A stretch of DNA of 64,000 bases from Balanoglossus misakiensis (Eukaryota > Animalia > Hemichordata), in the NCBI GenBank assembly GCA_040954595.2, contig CM082594.2, forward strand, positions 580,208 through 644,207. Reading direction: 5' to 3'. Shown here piece after piece: positions 14,601-26,284 of the stretch. A program made the translations under genes and the position numbers. The stretch's first letter is position 1. The number at the start of each line of letters is the position of its first letter. The notes below the pieces were generated by a model that saw only the letters and a program-made list of their open reading frames with translations, did not search any database and was not told the DNA's origin.

Positions 14601-17208
14601 GCTCTAAAGTGCCGGGGCTTCAGCTAAACCAGGCCGTAGGACATCCGCCGTAATCACCGTTGATAACTTACGCCAGTCTGTGTCATATAGAGCCGGTGCA
14701 CCAGCCGAGTCACGCCGTAGGAAATCTGACTTGATCAACGTGGTCAATGTACGCCTGTTTCTGCTCTAGAATGCCGGGGCTTCAGCTGAGCCAGGCCGTA
14801 GGAAACCCGACGTGATTACCGTTGTTAACTTACGCCAGTCTGTGTCCTATATATAGTGCCGGGGCATCAGCCGTGCCAGGCCGAAGGAAATGTGAGTAGA
14901 TCAACGTGGTCTCTGTACGCGTGTTTCTGCTCTAGAGTGCCTTGGCTTTAGCCAAGCCATGCCGTAGGAAATCTGACTTGATCAACGTTGCTAACGAACG
15001 CTAGTGTCTGTCATAGTGTGCCGGGGTTTTAGTCGAGCCAAGCCGTAGGAGATCAGACTTGATAAACGTGGTCTCTGTACGCGTGTTTCTGCTCTAGAGT
15101 GCCGGGGCTTTATCCAAGCCATGCCGTAGAAAATCTGACTTGATCACCGTTGCTAACGTACGCTAGTGTCTGTCATATTGTGACGGACATTTAGCGGAGC
15201 CAGGCCGTAGAAAAATCGACTTGTTCAACGTTACCAGTGTGCAACTGTTTCTGCTCTAGAGTGTCAGGGTTTTAGCCGACTTATGCTGTAGGAAATCTGA
15301 GTTGATGAAGGGGAATTCAATGTTAGAAAACCCGTGTGGAAAGTATCTCTACCCGTTTGAAACTAAGAAAAGAATTTATTCTTATTTATTTTGTAAAAAA
15401 GACAATTTTTCGAAAACAAGTCGAAAATGGTAATTTTGTCTTGGGTGATTTAAATTATACCGCCTTTTCTGGAATTTGCAGCACTTTTTACAAGAGAACG
15501 ACACTTCATGCTCCATAATATTTCCGAAAAAATAAGAAAAGAGTTAATTTTTTATGATTTTTTAAAAATTTACCATTTTTGTCAAAATATGGCCAAAATG
15601 GCTATTTTTTCTTGAATTCCGTCAATATCTCTGCATTTTTGGAGTGGTCGAAAGTCTTAACATACAATCAACATGTCATATATGATCAGGGCACCAAATT
15701 CGAAGAACAAAGGTTTTTTAATTTTTTTTCCTAAAAATGACATTTTCAAGGAAAATTTGGTAAAACGCAATTTTGTCTGCAGTGAGCCAAATTAGACGGT
15801 CTTTTGTGGAATTTGTATCGATATATACATGCGAAGAGCATTCTATACTCCATCAGATTTCCGAAAATGTAGAAAACAGGTATTTTTTGTAATTTTCAAA
15901 AATTTACCATTTTGACCAAATTGTGGCTACAATTGTTATTTTCGTGTTGAATGCCGCCAGTGTCACTGCTTTTAAAAGTCATAAAAACTTTTAACATACA
16001 AGCAATTGTTTATATATGATCAGGTCACCGAATTAAAAAAATAAAGAATGTTTTGCCTAAAAATGACCTTTTTGGTGCAAAAACGAATAAAACGCAATTT
16101 TGTATTGAATCAGAATGCATTTTTTATAATCAGCACCATTTTTACATATAATGGAAATTTCATACATCATCAGATATCCAAATATGAAAAAATTATTTAG
16201 ATTTTAGATGATTGTCCAAAATTAGTTGATATCTAATAAATGTAGTATTGAACCATTCTGTTCCCCCCCCCCCCCCCCCTACATTATATGCGGTACGCCG
16301 ATGTCAGCTTACCCGGCAGTACTGCAGGCCGTGCCCCCAACTAACGTCGGTGTTTGAAACGCCCTGGTTAATTTCGGGCTTTCTCTATAAATTGACAGGC
16401 AATAATGCAGTCCTACCCGAACAAATGTCAAGTGTTGAACCGCTGTGACTTTCCCTCTTCGGTTTGCCCGACTTAGCCAACGTCTTTGTACTAGAGTGTC
16501 GGGTCTTTTGCAGAGCCAGGCCGAAGGAAATCCGACTTGATCACCGTTGCTAACGAACGCTAGTGTCTGTCATGGTGTGCCGGGGTTTTAGTCGAGCCAG
16601 GCCGTAGGAGATCTGACTTGATCATCGTGGTCAATGTACGCGTGTTTCCGCTCTAAAGTGCCGGGGCTTCAGCTAAACCAGGCCGTAGGAAATCCGCCGT
16701 AATCACTGTTGATAACTTACGCCAGTCTGTGTCATATAGAGCCGGTGCACCAGCCGAGTCACGCCGTAGGAAATCTGACTTGATCAACGTGGTCAATGTA
16801 CGCCTGTTTCTGCTCTAGAGTGCCGGGGCTTCAGCTGAGCCAGGCCGTAGGAAACCCGACGTGATTACCGTTGTTAACTTACGCCAGTCTGTGTCCTATA
16901 TATAGTGCCGGGGCATCAGCCGTGCCAGGCCGAAGGAAATGTGAGTAGATCAACGTGGTCTCTGTACGCGTGTTTCTGCTCTAGAGTGCCAGGACTTTAG
17001 CCAAGCCATGCCGTAGGAAATCTGACTTGATCAACGTTGCTAACGAACGCTAGTGTCTGTCAAAGTGTGCCATGGTTTTAGTCGAGCCAAGCCGTAGGAG
17101 ATCAGACTTGATCGTCTCTGTACGCGTGTTTCTGCTCTAGAGTGCCGGGGCTTTATCCAAGCCATGCCGTAGAAAATCTGACTTGATCACCGTTGCTAAC
17201 GTACGCTA

Positions 17209-17232
17209 CACTGCATGAAAACCCTATAATAC
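17209..17232 (+). repeat. Left TIR cactgcatgaaaaccctataatac
   Basis: Exact reverse complement of 30225-30248. Confidence 0.97.
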
Positions 17233-17244
17233 AGGCAAATTCAC

Positions 17245-17500
17245 ACAAATCAAGTTGCCAGTATTTTAGGCTAATACACGCTCATTCTTGTGAGTCCACA
17301 TGAATATAGGCTTGCTGAATACAAGCAATGGATTCTTGTCTGTATTCATCAGTATAAGCACTATTCTAAATCCATGCATAGTACTGAAAAATACAGATTG
17401 TACAAGTCTTTAATACATTCTGTATTAAGAATAGATAGACGATGTATTCATAAAGACCAGTTTGAAATGGTACTGCAAAATACAATCTGTATTCGCAGAG
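17245..17500. repeat. CACTA subterminal repeats (TGTATTC/GAATACA-type motifs in both orientations); mirrored at ~30020-30200
   Basis: Multiple tgtattc/aataca motifs. The left 'tgtctgtattcatcagtataagcactattct' has inverted counterparts 'gatgaatacagaca' (~30021) and 'agaatagtgcttatact' (~30097). Confidence 0.7.
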
Positions 17501-17529
17501 ATTTGAGTTCTATTTGCATATCATTACTA

Positions 17530-18270
17530 GAATGACCCGACCAGTGTGAAGGTCAACCTGATTCAGGCCACAGTCCCTCTTTGGTAGATCTAAAACAATC
17601 CATCGATCCTTGTGATCGAAACAAGCAACATACAAACTATATTATTTAATCCATCTATAATATCAGTAGGAACAACCATGGATGCAATCTTTCCTTATAC
17701 CTCCATGGAACAACGGAGTAAACTTAGTTCTTTGCGAAGTGTTAAGACGAAATTACTGACCGTGAATTCAAAGCTTACAAGTTACATTTATACCCGGTAT
17801 GAAGGCTTTATACTGCCAGCACTTAATTGCGTCGATTTGGCCATGCACAGAAAAAACCTTGTGCAGGAAAAGACTATACGCTGTAGCCTATTCGCCGGGC
17901 TGAAGCCGGCCGGCGACTGTAGCTGCTCAATCATTGTTATTTCTTTAGCGCCTGTGCCTACAAGATTGCGAGGTAAAATTAGGGTGTCCACGGTTACTAA
18001 AATGAATCACCAGACACCAGTGTTGTTGAACAGTGTTGTGTTGTGTTCCGTCCCGTACCTCCATGCACGGTTCACACTGCGTTACCAGAAAAGACGGTTG
18101 GGAAACTCTATATTGTTCGGAATGTGTGAAGGAGGTGTATAGGCTTATGGAGTGAACGGTCATAGTCTGTTGGGCTTGCGACACTCTACCATTGTTTCTC
18201 GGGCGGTTAACTAAAAGTCCGGATTCAAATAGCGTCGAATTTTGAACCCCTAGAATTCAACCCTGATGGT
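17530..18270 (-). ncRNA. Candidate structured non-coding module A (boundaries approximate)
   Basis: Shares colinear motifs, inverted, with module B (26/27 nt at 18081-18107 vs 18782-18808; 11/11 at 17819-17829 vs 18970-18980). Closing stem 17757-17763/18156-18162 and several local hairpins. Some G-U pairs favour the - strand. Transcription is not shown. Confidence 0.45.
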
Positions 18271-18654
18271 CGCATTTCTGTTTTTTTTATATATATATTT
18301 AGATATTTTACACCTTTTTGTATTGCATGGGCTATTTCGTTTATTCCAATTGGAATATTTCGTTGAGATTGCATACCCATTTCGATAACAGTCGTTAACA
18401 TCATCGATACAGCCTTTGGCGGGCCATCTTGTTTGTTTTGGTTCGCATTGAATCTCTAGTCTAAGGCACGGTCAAGACAAAGAATGTATGGCTTCACCAT
18501 GTCCTTGAAAGTTCAAAATTGTCATAAATGTGCTGTGACTTTATAAATTATCCATCCTCTGTTCTGTTTTCTTCAAGTCTGGTGGTCTACGTACTGTGCG
18601 TGCAAGCAATTCCGTAAACACGAGTATGGTTTGCTTTGGATTGTAGGGGTAATG

Positions 18655-19350
18655 ACGTCATTTTGACCGAGCGGTCAGTTATACTGTCTTTTTATTCTAT
18701 GGCCAGGCTCGTTAGCACCTGATATCTTTCGTTTACTCTCAGTGTTTACCGAGTCGAGCATCTTACAATGGACAGCCAGATAGTTTCCCAACCGTCTTTT
18801 CTAGTAACCGTGATTTTACTTTCTGTAAAAATGTTTGGCCTGGTGACACTTTCTCTGGGGAGCACATGCAGGACAACAAGGGAGAATTGATCTCGACAGT
18901 ACGTGGGGAATTCGATCGCCACTATAAGCTCTACCAAAACGAAGTTTCAGGACGTCTGTACCATTGTTACAATTAAGTGCCCCAGGCGTCTATATGAGTC
19001 ATCTGGTGGGCCAATAACCTACCGATCAAGGTGAACAAAAGACAGTAATGTTTGTGAAAATGACACGACTGACCGTCAGTGAAATGACTGACAGTCTATA
19101 CCGTGTGCTGAAGATGCGGTTGACACCCACAGTCAGCGTTAATCAAGGCCAGATCGGCCACACATTTGTCAGACATCGTGCAGGTGCTCCCCGCACCTGG
19201 CCAGGTCATGTATAGCCCTGCGTACGCGTCTGTGTGTTACCGGCGTTACCATAGTGGTAGAGGCCGTGTAACGCCGGGAACACACAGACCTGTACGCAGA
19301 GCTATGCCGATGACTGCCCCTAGATCCCCGAAGACTGCCCGATCGAGATA
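18655..19350 (+). ncRNA. Candidate structured non-coding module B (boundaries approximate)
   Basis: Long closing helix 18657-18697 with 19033-19088, including a perfect 11 bp (tactgtctttt/aaaagacagta). Shares motifs with module A. Downstream hairpins at 19181-19199 and 19212-19305. Confidence 0.45.
19212..19305. repeat. 38-bp-arm inverted repeat with an 18-nt loop (pre-miRNA-like fold-back)
   Basis: atagccctgcgtacgcgtctgtgtgttaccggcgttac vs gtaacgccgggaacacacagacctgtacgcagagctat: 34/38 complementary. Confidence 0.85.
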
Positions 19351-20240
19351 TGCCCTGGAGAGCAGAAGCAAAAAAGGGAGAAAAGGCCACAATGCGCTAA
19401 TTCAAGCCATATCCCAACAGATCAAACTTAATTTAAGCGCAATCACCCTAAAAATAATTTGACATCCATTTTTGAGCTCTTTGGGGGCACTCCTGTGTGT
19501 GTGTGTGGGGGGGGGGGTCGACTGATCTCAGCTTGCGTAGGTTTAAGAACATACCATTCAGTAAAAGGTGTGACACACTACGAAGCTGCCAGCATTTTGC
19601 AAAGCAATACAAGTTTCGGCTTTTTTATACTCAAATGAAAAAAGTTAGAGGGAAAAAATATCCATATGTGTCTTGCATTTTTCTTGGATATCGAATTCAT
19701 TGAATTGTAAGATATTTAATACTAAATAAATAAATGACGTTCTACGATAAGGGTGCACAAATGGTTCAAATTTAACTTTTTATTGCTGATAAATTCATTT
19801 AAGAACTATGATTACTGGAAATTTGCGCATAATTTGAGTTTACAACATGAACATGATTTAATGATTTGTGTGTTCAAATGAGGATAAAATTAAAAAAACA
19901 CATCAATCAATATAGGGGGTGGGTGGATGGTGGATGATTGGCATGTTCCCCTTTTCATGCACATTGTTGTTCACTGAGTGAAATATGGCAAATGATATAA
20001 TATAGGCATCTAGACATTTTAATATTAAAACTTCCATTATTATTTCTTATATACAAATTTTACAATTCACTCTTGTGAAATCTCTGACACCATCCATGCA
20101 CATTGGCTGGTATCATTTATTGTACATAACATGTCAGAAAAGCTTAGCATAATAATTATGAACTGTACAGCATTTGGAAACTTTCATTGAAGGAAACTGT
20201 TCTCAAACATTATCAAGTAATTATACCAATGGCTAAAAAG

Positions 20241-23200
20241 TTACTGATAAATAGGCAATGATGGAATAACAACATTTACATTTTCGCCAGTTGACCTACA
20301 ATAAGGAAACCTAACTCTATATTTTGTAATCAAACACAAGCCCTGAATCCGTTGAACTGGTATAAATGCAGCTCCACTAACACACTCCAGCTGAGTCCCC
20401 CAAACACCAACATGACATCCATAATAATCATGCATAGGGTGTTTCTTGAACCACTGCACTTTGGCTAGAATATGTCCTTGCTTTTTGTTTTCAATGATTA
20501 CCTCACTTTTGATGAATTCTGACACAATTCCTGGCCTCCAATCAGAACAGGGGTCAATATTACATGTGTCACCAACCCAACTGGCAGAAATGCATGAAGA
20601 CGTTTCACTTCTACATTTTGTAGAACTGTACAGATAGCCATGATACAATACTCTGTTGTACCTCTCTGCAATGCAAAGGACATTGACAGATTTACCTGGA
20701 TAAAGAACTGAGTACATTTCTTTCAGTGAAAGAACATCATCATTATCAAAGTAATGCTCATATTGAGGCTGCAGTAATTTGACACTGGTTTCTGAAAAGT
20801 CAAAATCAGCTACAGAGTCAGACAAGCACATCTGACTGATTGAATCATTTATGTTTACACGGTCAATTTCACCTAATGTACCTCTACTGGCTGGCTCATT
20901 TGCTTGTAAGATATCTTTAGCACTGTAAAATTCATCTGGCCATGAAATATCCCCAATGTCTTGGTTCTGTAAAAACCTGCGCATGAGTTGAACTGTTATT
21001 GAATGGTTGTTGTTTTTGTATGAACCAAGTATACCATTGTAGCGTTCAAATGAAAATAGCCAAAAAGAATACACAGGACCATAGTCCAGGATGCAATCTT
21101 TTAAGTGCATATGCATGTGCATATTTACCGTACATTTATCACTACCATACAACTGTACAAAAGTATCACAGAAGTTAACTAACATTACATGTGATTTTAG
21201 AACATCCTGTTTCGTTATCTTCCTACTACAGATTAACTTACATGCTCCTACAAACAACTGCCAACATTCATAATGTGGAGAAGGAATCACATCTTTCAAA
21301 GCAAATGAAGAAAAGACAAGGACCCAATTTTTCCACTGATCTGCAGTAAAACCTGCAAATCCTGCTGCTATTTTTGATGGTATTCTCCCCAAATTGTTTG
21401 GAACTTTCATAGCATCAACACGTTCTTGGATGACAGTAAAACAATTGTCATCAAGAATACCAATTTTTTTCCAGATTTTTACAACATGTTTGGCTGTACC
21501 TAATAGTAAGTTATGCATTGGATCTATAATATGAAACCGTACTGGTAAATAATAAGAGAGTTCATTCAGAGATGTCCATCGTGCACCAAACATCTTTTCT
21601 AGTCTTGCTTGTTCAGTTGGAGTAGATGCCTGGGAGGCTCTGAAAGCCCGAGCTTTATGCTCCCCATCTGTCCGATTTTGGTAATTCGTGTAATCATATC
21701 CACTATAATCTGGCTTCTGTGCAAAAGACTGCCGGGGAAATGCTTTAAAGCATTTACTGCATCCTGTAAATAGAAAACAGTATATATTGATTAATAAACA
21801 GTCAATGCTGTATTCTCCATAATGAAGGTTCATGAAACTACATTAACTACAGTAACTAGTAACTGTGCCTGCCTGCCTGGACTAAAACCTGTTCTTCTTA
21901 AGGATGTACGCGCAGAACATAAACCGGAAACACTGCGCGCCCGGTCTTTTTCCCATAGGATTACATTGATAATCGCCAGAAAACAAACTTCTACTATTGT
22001 CATTTTCGTGAAATTTTACACATAGCTCAGTCCAGCAAATATAAATTCATTGGTCAAATAAAATATAGGGGTCACCGCGCTCTATTTTGAGATAAATTGC
22101 GTTAAAAATTTTGCCCATAGACAAACCATTGGTGAAAAAATGCTGAGTCAGCAGATTTCTTCTATTATCGACCAAATTCATGGCTCTGTATTTTAAAAAA
22201 AAGCGCGGTGACCCCTATATTTTATTACGGATTTTCATTATACATACAAAGGAGAATAAAAAAATCCACAATTAAAAAAAATGACAATACTTTCAATTTT
22301 ACTGAACGTACATCCTTAAGAACAAGACATTGTTGATGACACAGTCCCTCCTTGAATTTATACGGGTCTTCAAAACAGTTGTCAGAATGTACTGATTTTT
22401 TGCTTGCAGTTTACTGGTTATAAAGTTGTGAATGGTTGGTAAAAAATAATTCAGAAGGCAAACCCTCTGTATAACACTTTCTGTCAACAAACTGGAGCAG
22501 TACAGTGACTATTTTTATAATTCAACACATACCTCGTTCTGCTGTATGACCAACAAATCCTCCACATTTCCTACAGGCGGGGATGTCACATGCCAAGCAC
22601 ATCAGAGCACATCGGTAGATATTACCAAACCGTGATCCATCATTCAGCTTTACTCCAAGGAAAAATTGCTGCAACTCTTGCACCAATGGCCCTAAATAGG
22701 TGTTGATGTTCTTCTTTGGTTCTTTTGGTCCAGGTAACAGGCCAACAAGAATGACATTTTCTGGTTTATAGCGATCTTCACGAGGTAAATTGTTAATGAC
22801 AAGATATAAGGCACCAATAGAGTGTGGTGTATGTTCATAAGGCTGGAACCAGTCTATATTCAATGTGAGTCCCAAATTATATTTGCTTTTGAAGAAGCCC
22901 TGATGCTCAAAGTCTTTCCACACTTCCCCATCATATATGTCTTGCATGAGATCTTCTCTTTGTTGTCTTGAACGCCAGGTATTGCACACGTTGATGAAAT
23001 TTGGCCTCTTCACAAAACATTGCAGAGAGTCTGCCAGGCTTCTATAGCAGTATACCTTTCGTGGATAAACATACTCTGCTCCATTTTTCCCGCGGACCTT
23101 TTTCAAGAGAACCTCACCACAGCTTCTCCTTTTTCTTGCGTGACTGTGTCTTGGAAATTTAACATGTGAACACTTCACTAGTATCTTTCTGCCATTTTGT

Positions 23201-25806
23201 CTTTCTTTGTAACAGTCCTTGAAGTTGTATAGAGTGTGACACTGAGGGCAAACCACATACTGTGTGAAGTGGTCTCGTTCTAGTCCAATATACTTTCTCA
23301 TTGAGTATAGGGTTGATGGCAAAGACTCAGCGAGAACAAGAAGACAACTTATTTTCATAGTTGTGCCAATTGTGGTGAAAAGGAATTTCAAGAAGAGGAT
23401 CATAAGGCGGATTGCTTGGTCTGATATCCCATGCAATTTCTGCCATGAAAATGTAAACAGTAAGACTGCAGTAACTGTTGTATTTATGAAAGAGTTCTGT
23501 TTACTTTCAGATGATTCGTTAACATCCTGTGCTGTGTTGTCATTTAGATCATGTGCTTCTTGTAGATCATCATTTTCATCCCAACATTCAGCTTCAACGT
23601 CTTCGGAATCCACATTAGAAGAATGTGCTGATTCTGTTAAGGATGTACACCCATCAGCTGGAACCTCACCTGGAATCAGCCTATCAACCCCCTATTAAGA
23701 AACAAAAACAATCTTACAGGTTTATCCATGCATGCATGACCAAGTTAAGTGGATAAATGCAACACTGTTTATTTCATACAGACTCAAACATATGTACAAC
23801 TCCTAGCAAACATTATTATTTATTGGCATGTCCCATTTATGCTACATTCACATACACTTTGGGGTTGAAGTCTGAAAAACTAAGCTGAACATTTCAGTTT
23901 CTTTAGTTTAAATTCATTTGATTCAGATGTTCCAAAGAAATCTACATAATCTACATACTGATTTCACAGCTGTTTGATTAGTGATTTCTGGGTTTCAATC
24001 ATTAGGTGAGGCTAAAACATTGGTCAAAAATTACAGCTACTGTGGATTTAACAACTTTTCTGTTCTTGATAAGTAGTCATGAAAATTAAACAAACTTTTA
24101 GTGATACTTGAAACAAAGCCTACCTCATTACTTGTGACATTTTCACACTCCCCTGCCAGTCCACATGACAAGTCTTCATTTTCGATGGAATCTGCATCAG
24201 AATAGTAGTCTTCATCACCCTGATCAACACCTCCATTGCTACTATTGTCATGGTCGATCCTAAATAAAGTATACAAGGAAACAAAAAAATCACTGTCGAG
24301 ATTTCTATTACATTTTCAAAATACTGCAGTTTGTTCAAAAATGACTCTTAACCCTTTCAGCCCCATTTCCCTTCATAAAGGTCAGAATAGTAGGCCTATT
24401 TGGACTGAACCGCCTGCTCCATGGATTCATGGCCGACTGTGGTTTGAACACCCATTTTAGGACGTTTTTGATGAATTGAAATTAATTCATGTTGGACGCT
24501 TTTGGGTATTCTTTCTTTTGATTACTCCATCAATATTTCTGTGTTGGCGTACCCTGCGTGTGACACCTATACAAAGATCATTTTGTACAACTACCCAGTT
24601 TCAGTTACAAAGCCTGTTGTTACTGTTACTGAGCAATGTTGGCAAGAACAAGAGATAGTATGGCCATGCCACTATACCTGTGTGTAAAACATACTCTGAC
24701 AATCAGCTCTAATGAAAAAAGACACCCACGATCTATCTGAAAATGAATGAATACACTGAGCCTAATGCGCTTGCAATAAATACTACCTTTCACAAACTAA
24801 TCAGGCATGTTTAGCCAGTCATTCTACCTGGACACTGTTATTCACTGGTCCTTGGAGTACAGTATGTGGAATCATTCACAAAACAGCAAAACTGACTGAC
24901 TGCTAAATGATTAAATATTTAGCAATAGAAAAGAACTTACTGTGCATCCACTTGTTTGTCATATTCAAACTGCCACCTTTCACCAGTGATAAGTTCAGAA
25001 ATACCATGATCACCAACATGTAGGTTATCTGTGTGCTCTCTCTCCAATTCAATGGTAACTGTAAATATAATATGTACATTCATACTCTTTATGTTGGGAG
25101 GATAAATATGTGAACTGTGTGTAATACATATCAATGGTATAGTCAAACTCAACCGTTAAAATATCAACATTCACAACTGTATTTTGCACAGTCTTGCTTC
25201 CAGATAACTTGACAAAACAATTGCCACCCCTACCAAATCGACCTAGGTAAACTCAAGCCCTGCACCCCCATCAGTGATGTTTGTATCACTAGATAAAGTG
25301 ACATAAAGACGGTGATTCAATATTCTAACTTGTTATGAGGGAAACCGTACCATATAGGCGTATGGACACAATGACGGACGGCTGAATACTCCCCCTCAAT
25401 CACAAGTCTGTCTGTCCCAGAGTGCAATGCAAATCTTATGATGGCGTTAATGCATTTCTTCTCTATAATTATTGTCTTGAAGTCCCACTCCAGCAACAAA
25501 GTGACTCCCTGCAGACCACCCCAAAATAGTCATCATATTGTACTATGTTTCTAAAACATAAATGTCCTAGTGCGTCAATAATATAAATGATCACCTTCGG
25601 GATAATCTATGGGTTTCGACGGTTCAATAAACAAACTCACCTTGCGTACGCGTGCTGTCTTGAGTCACAGCTTCAAGTGTCGGGTCCACGCGCCATTTAA
25701 ATTCTTCAAAGTTGAAATGTTGCCGTTTGTGTGCGTAGTATGCAGTTTTTGACAGAAGTTGGAAACAATGACCACACTCCTTTGGCCATCGTACAGATTT
25801 CGGCAT
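20241..25806 (-). CDS. EnSpm/CACTA transposase, ~1033 aa; exons 25641-25806, 24941-25058, 24124-24259, 22533-23691, 20241-21763
   Basis: All four introns are GT..AG with compatible phases, and the exons sum to 3102 nt (open frame). Motifs: CxHC...H zinc motif, DIYDG..W, LNIDWFQP, CDIPACRK.GF, GCSKC (formed across an intron), IDPMHNLLLG, ADQWKNW, NMHMHMHL, GP.YSFWLFSFERYNG. Confidence 0.92.
21902..22315. mobile_element. 414-bp non-autonomous Kolobok-like MITE in transposase intron 4
   Basis: TTAA on both sides (21898-21901, 22316-22319). TIRs ggatgtacgcgcag / ctgaacgtacatcc match at 12/14 with RR..YY termini. Internal inverted repeat aaaatataggggtcaccgcgct (~22060) / agcgcggtgacccctatatttt (~22202). 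Confidence 0.85.
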
Positions 25807-26284
25807 TGTGGTGCTGTAGATTTAATTTGTAGTTCAAATCGCAGCACAATATTCTTCAGTGAACCACAGACAATAGTTGAACTTTGACTTTTGAATGTTA
25901 TTAAGGTACCCTAGGTTAATAAACATGCTTAATGTAAAACCAGTGTCGATATGTCGCATTTAATTTTTGCAATTTTTTTAAATTGTAAGAATGTATTTGA
26001 TATGTGTGTTATAAACTGTTTTAAGCTTTCTTAAAAGGGTAAAATGTGGCATTTAGAGCGACATAAACCGGAAATGTCGCTGTTGTTTTTTGTCACAAAT
26101 TGATTATTTAGAGTAGCATAGGGGGACCTGCACAGCGCCACCAAAGGGTATATATCTCGAATTTGAAAGGTTAAAGTTCAGCAGTGCAGCCGAGCTGATT
26201 GAACTACAGTGACAACAGTAGAGAGCAAGAACAGAGATCCACTCCAGTCATATTTTTATAGAGTTTATAGTCAGTACAGAAGAT
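25807..26284. promoter_or_regulatory. Putative bidirectional promoter region between the divergent transposase and accessory gene
   Basis: The two start codons are head-to-head, 478 bp apart. There is an ETS-like 'accggaaatg' at ~26067 and a TATA-like 'gtatatat' at ~26148. The call is positional inference only. Confidence 0.4.

Larger units (their letters stand above)
1..17208 (+). repeat. ~2.04-kb tandem macrosatellite array (about 8.7 units, one internally deleted)
   Basis: The landmark 'ttaacatacaatcaacatgtcatatatgatcagggcacc' recurs at ~1, 2051, 4097, 6132, 8171, 10214, 12257, 13611 and 15654. Units look very similar by eye. Short ORFs recur with the period but are broken differently in each copy. 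Confidence 0.98.

Noticed and set aside
394-16448. Recurrent 60-100-aa ORFs in the satellite (MNRSVPPP..., MESISTRL..., MSKYGQNG...)
   Set aside because: Mostly non-ATG starts, frames broken differently among copies by homopolymer indels, and no domain motifs.
17612-18142. 176-aa ORF (and 19166-19462) as a third transposon gene or Fanzor/TnpB
   Set aside because: No RuvC or zinc motifs and no recognisable splice chain. The conservation pattern is nucleotide/structure based.
17865-18170. Group I intron P7-like pair (AGACTAT / ATAGTCT)
   Set aside because: The J8/7 and P/Q consensus are poor and there is no counterpart in module B. It needs a covariance-model search to exclude fully.
19010-19025. 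TAACCTAAC as a telomerase-RNA template (TTAGG)
   Set aside because: It is only 9 nt, is not shared with module A, and I identified no pseudoknot or H/ACA domain.
19070-19125. Permuted hammerhead (GAAA...CTGAAGA) in module B
   Set aside because: Stem II does not abut GAAA and stem III has a mismatch at the core.
24348-24365. piggyBac-like end TTAACCCTTTCAGCCC in a transposase intron
   Set aside because: I found no matching opposite terminus.
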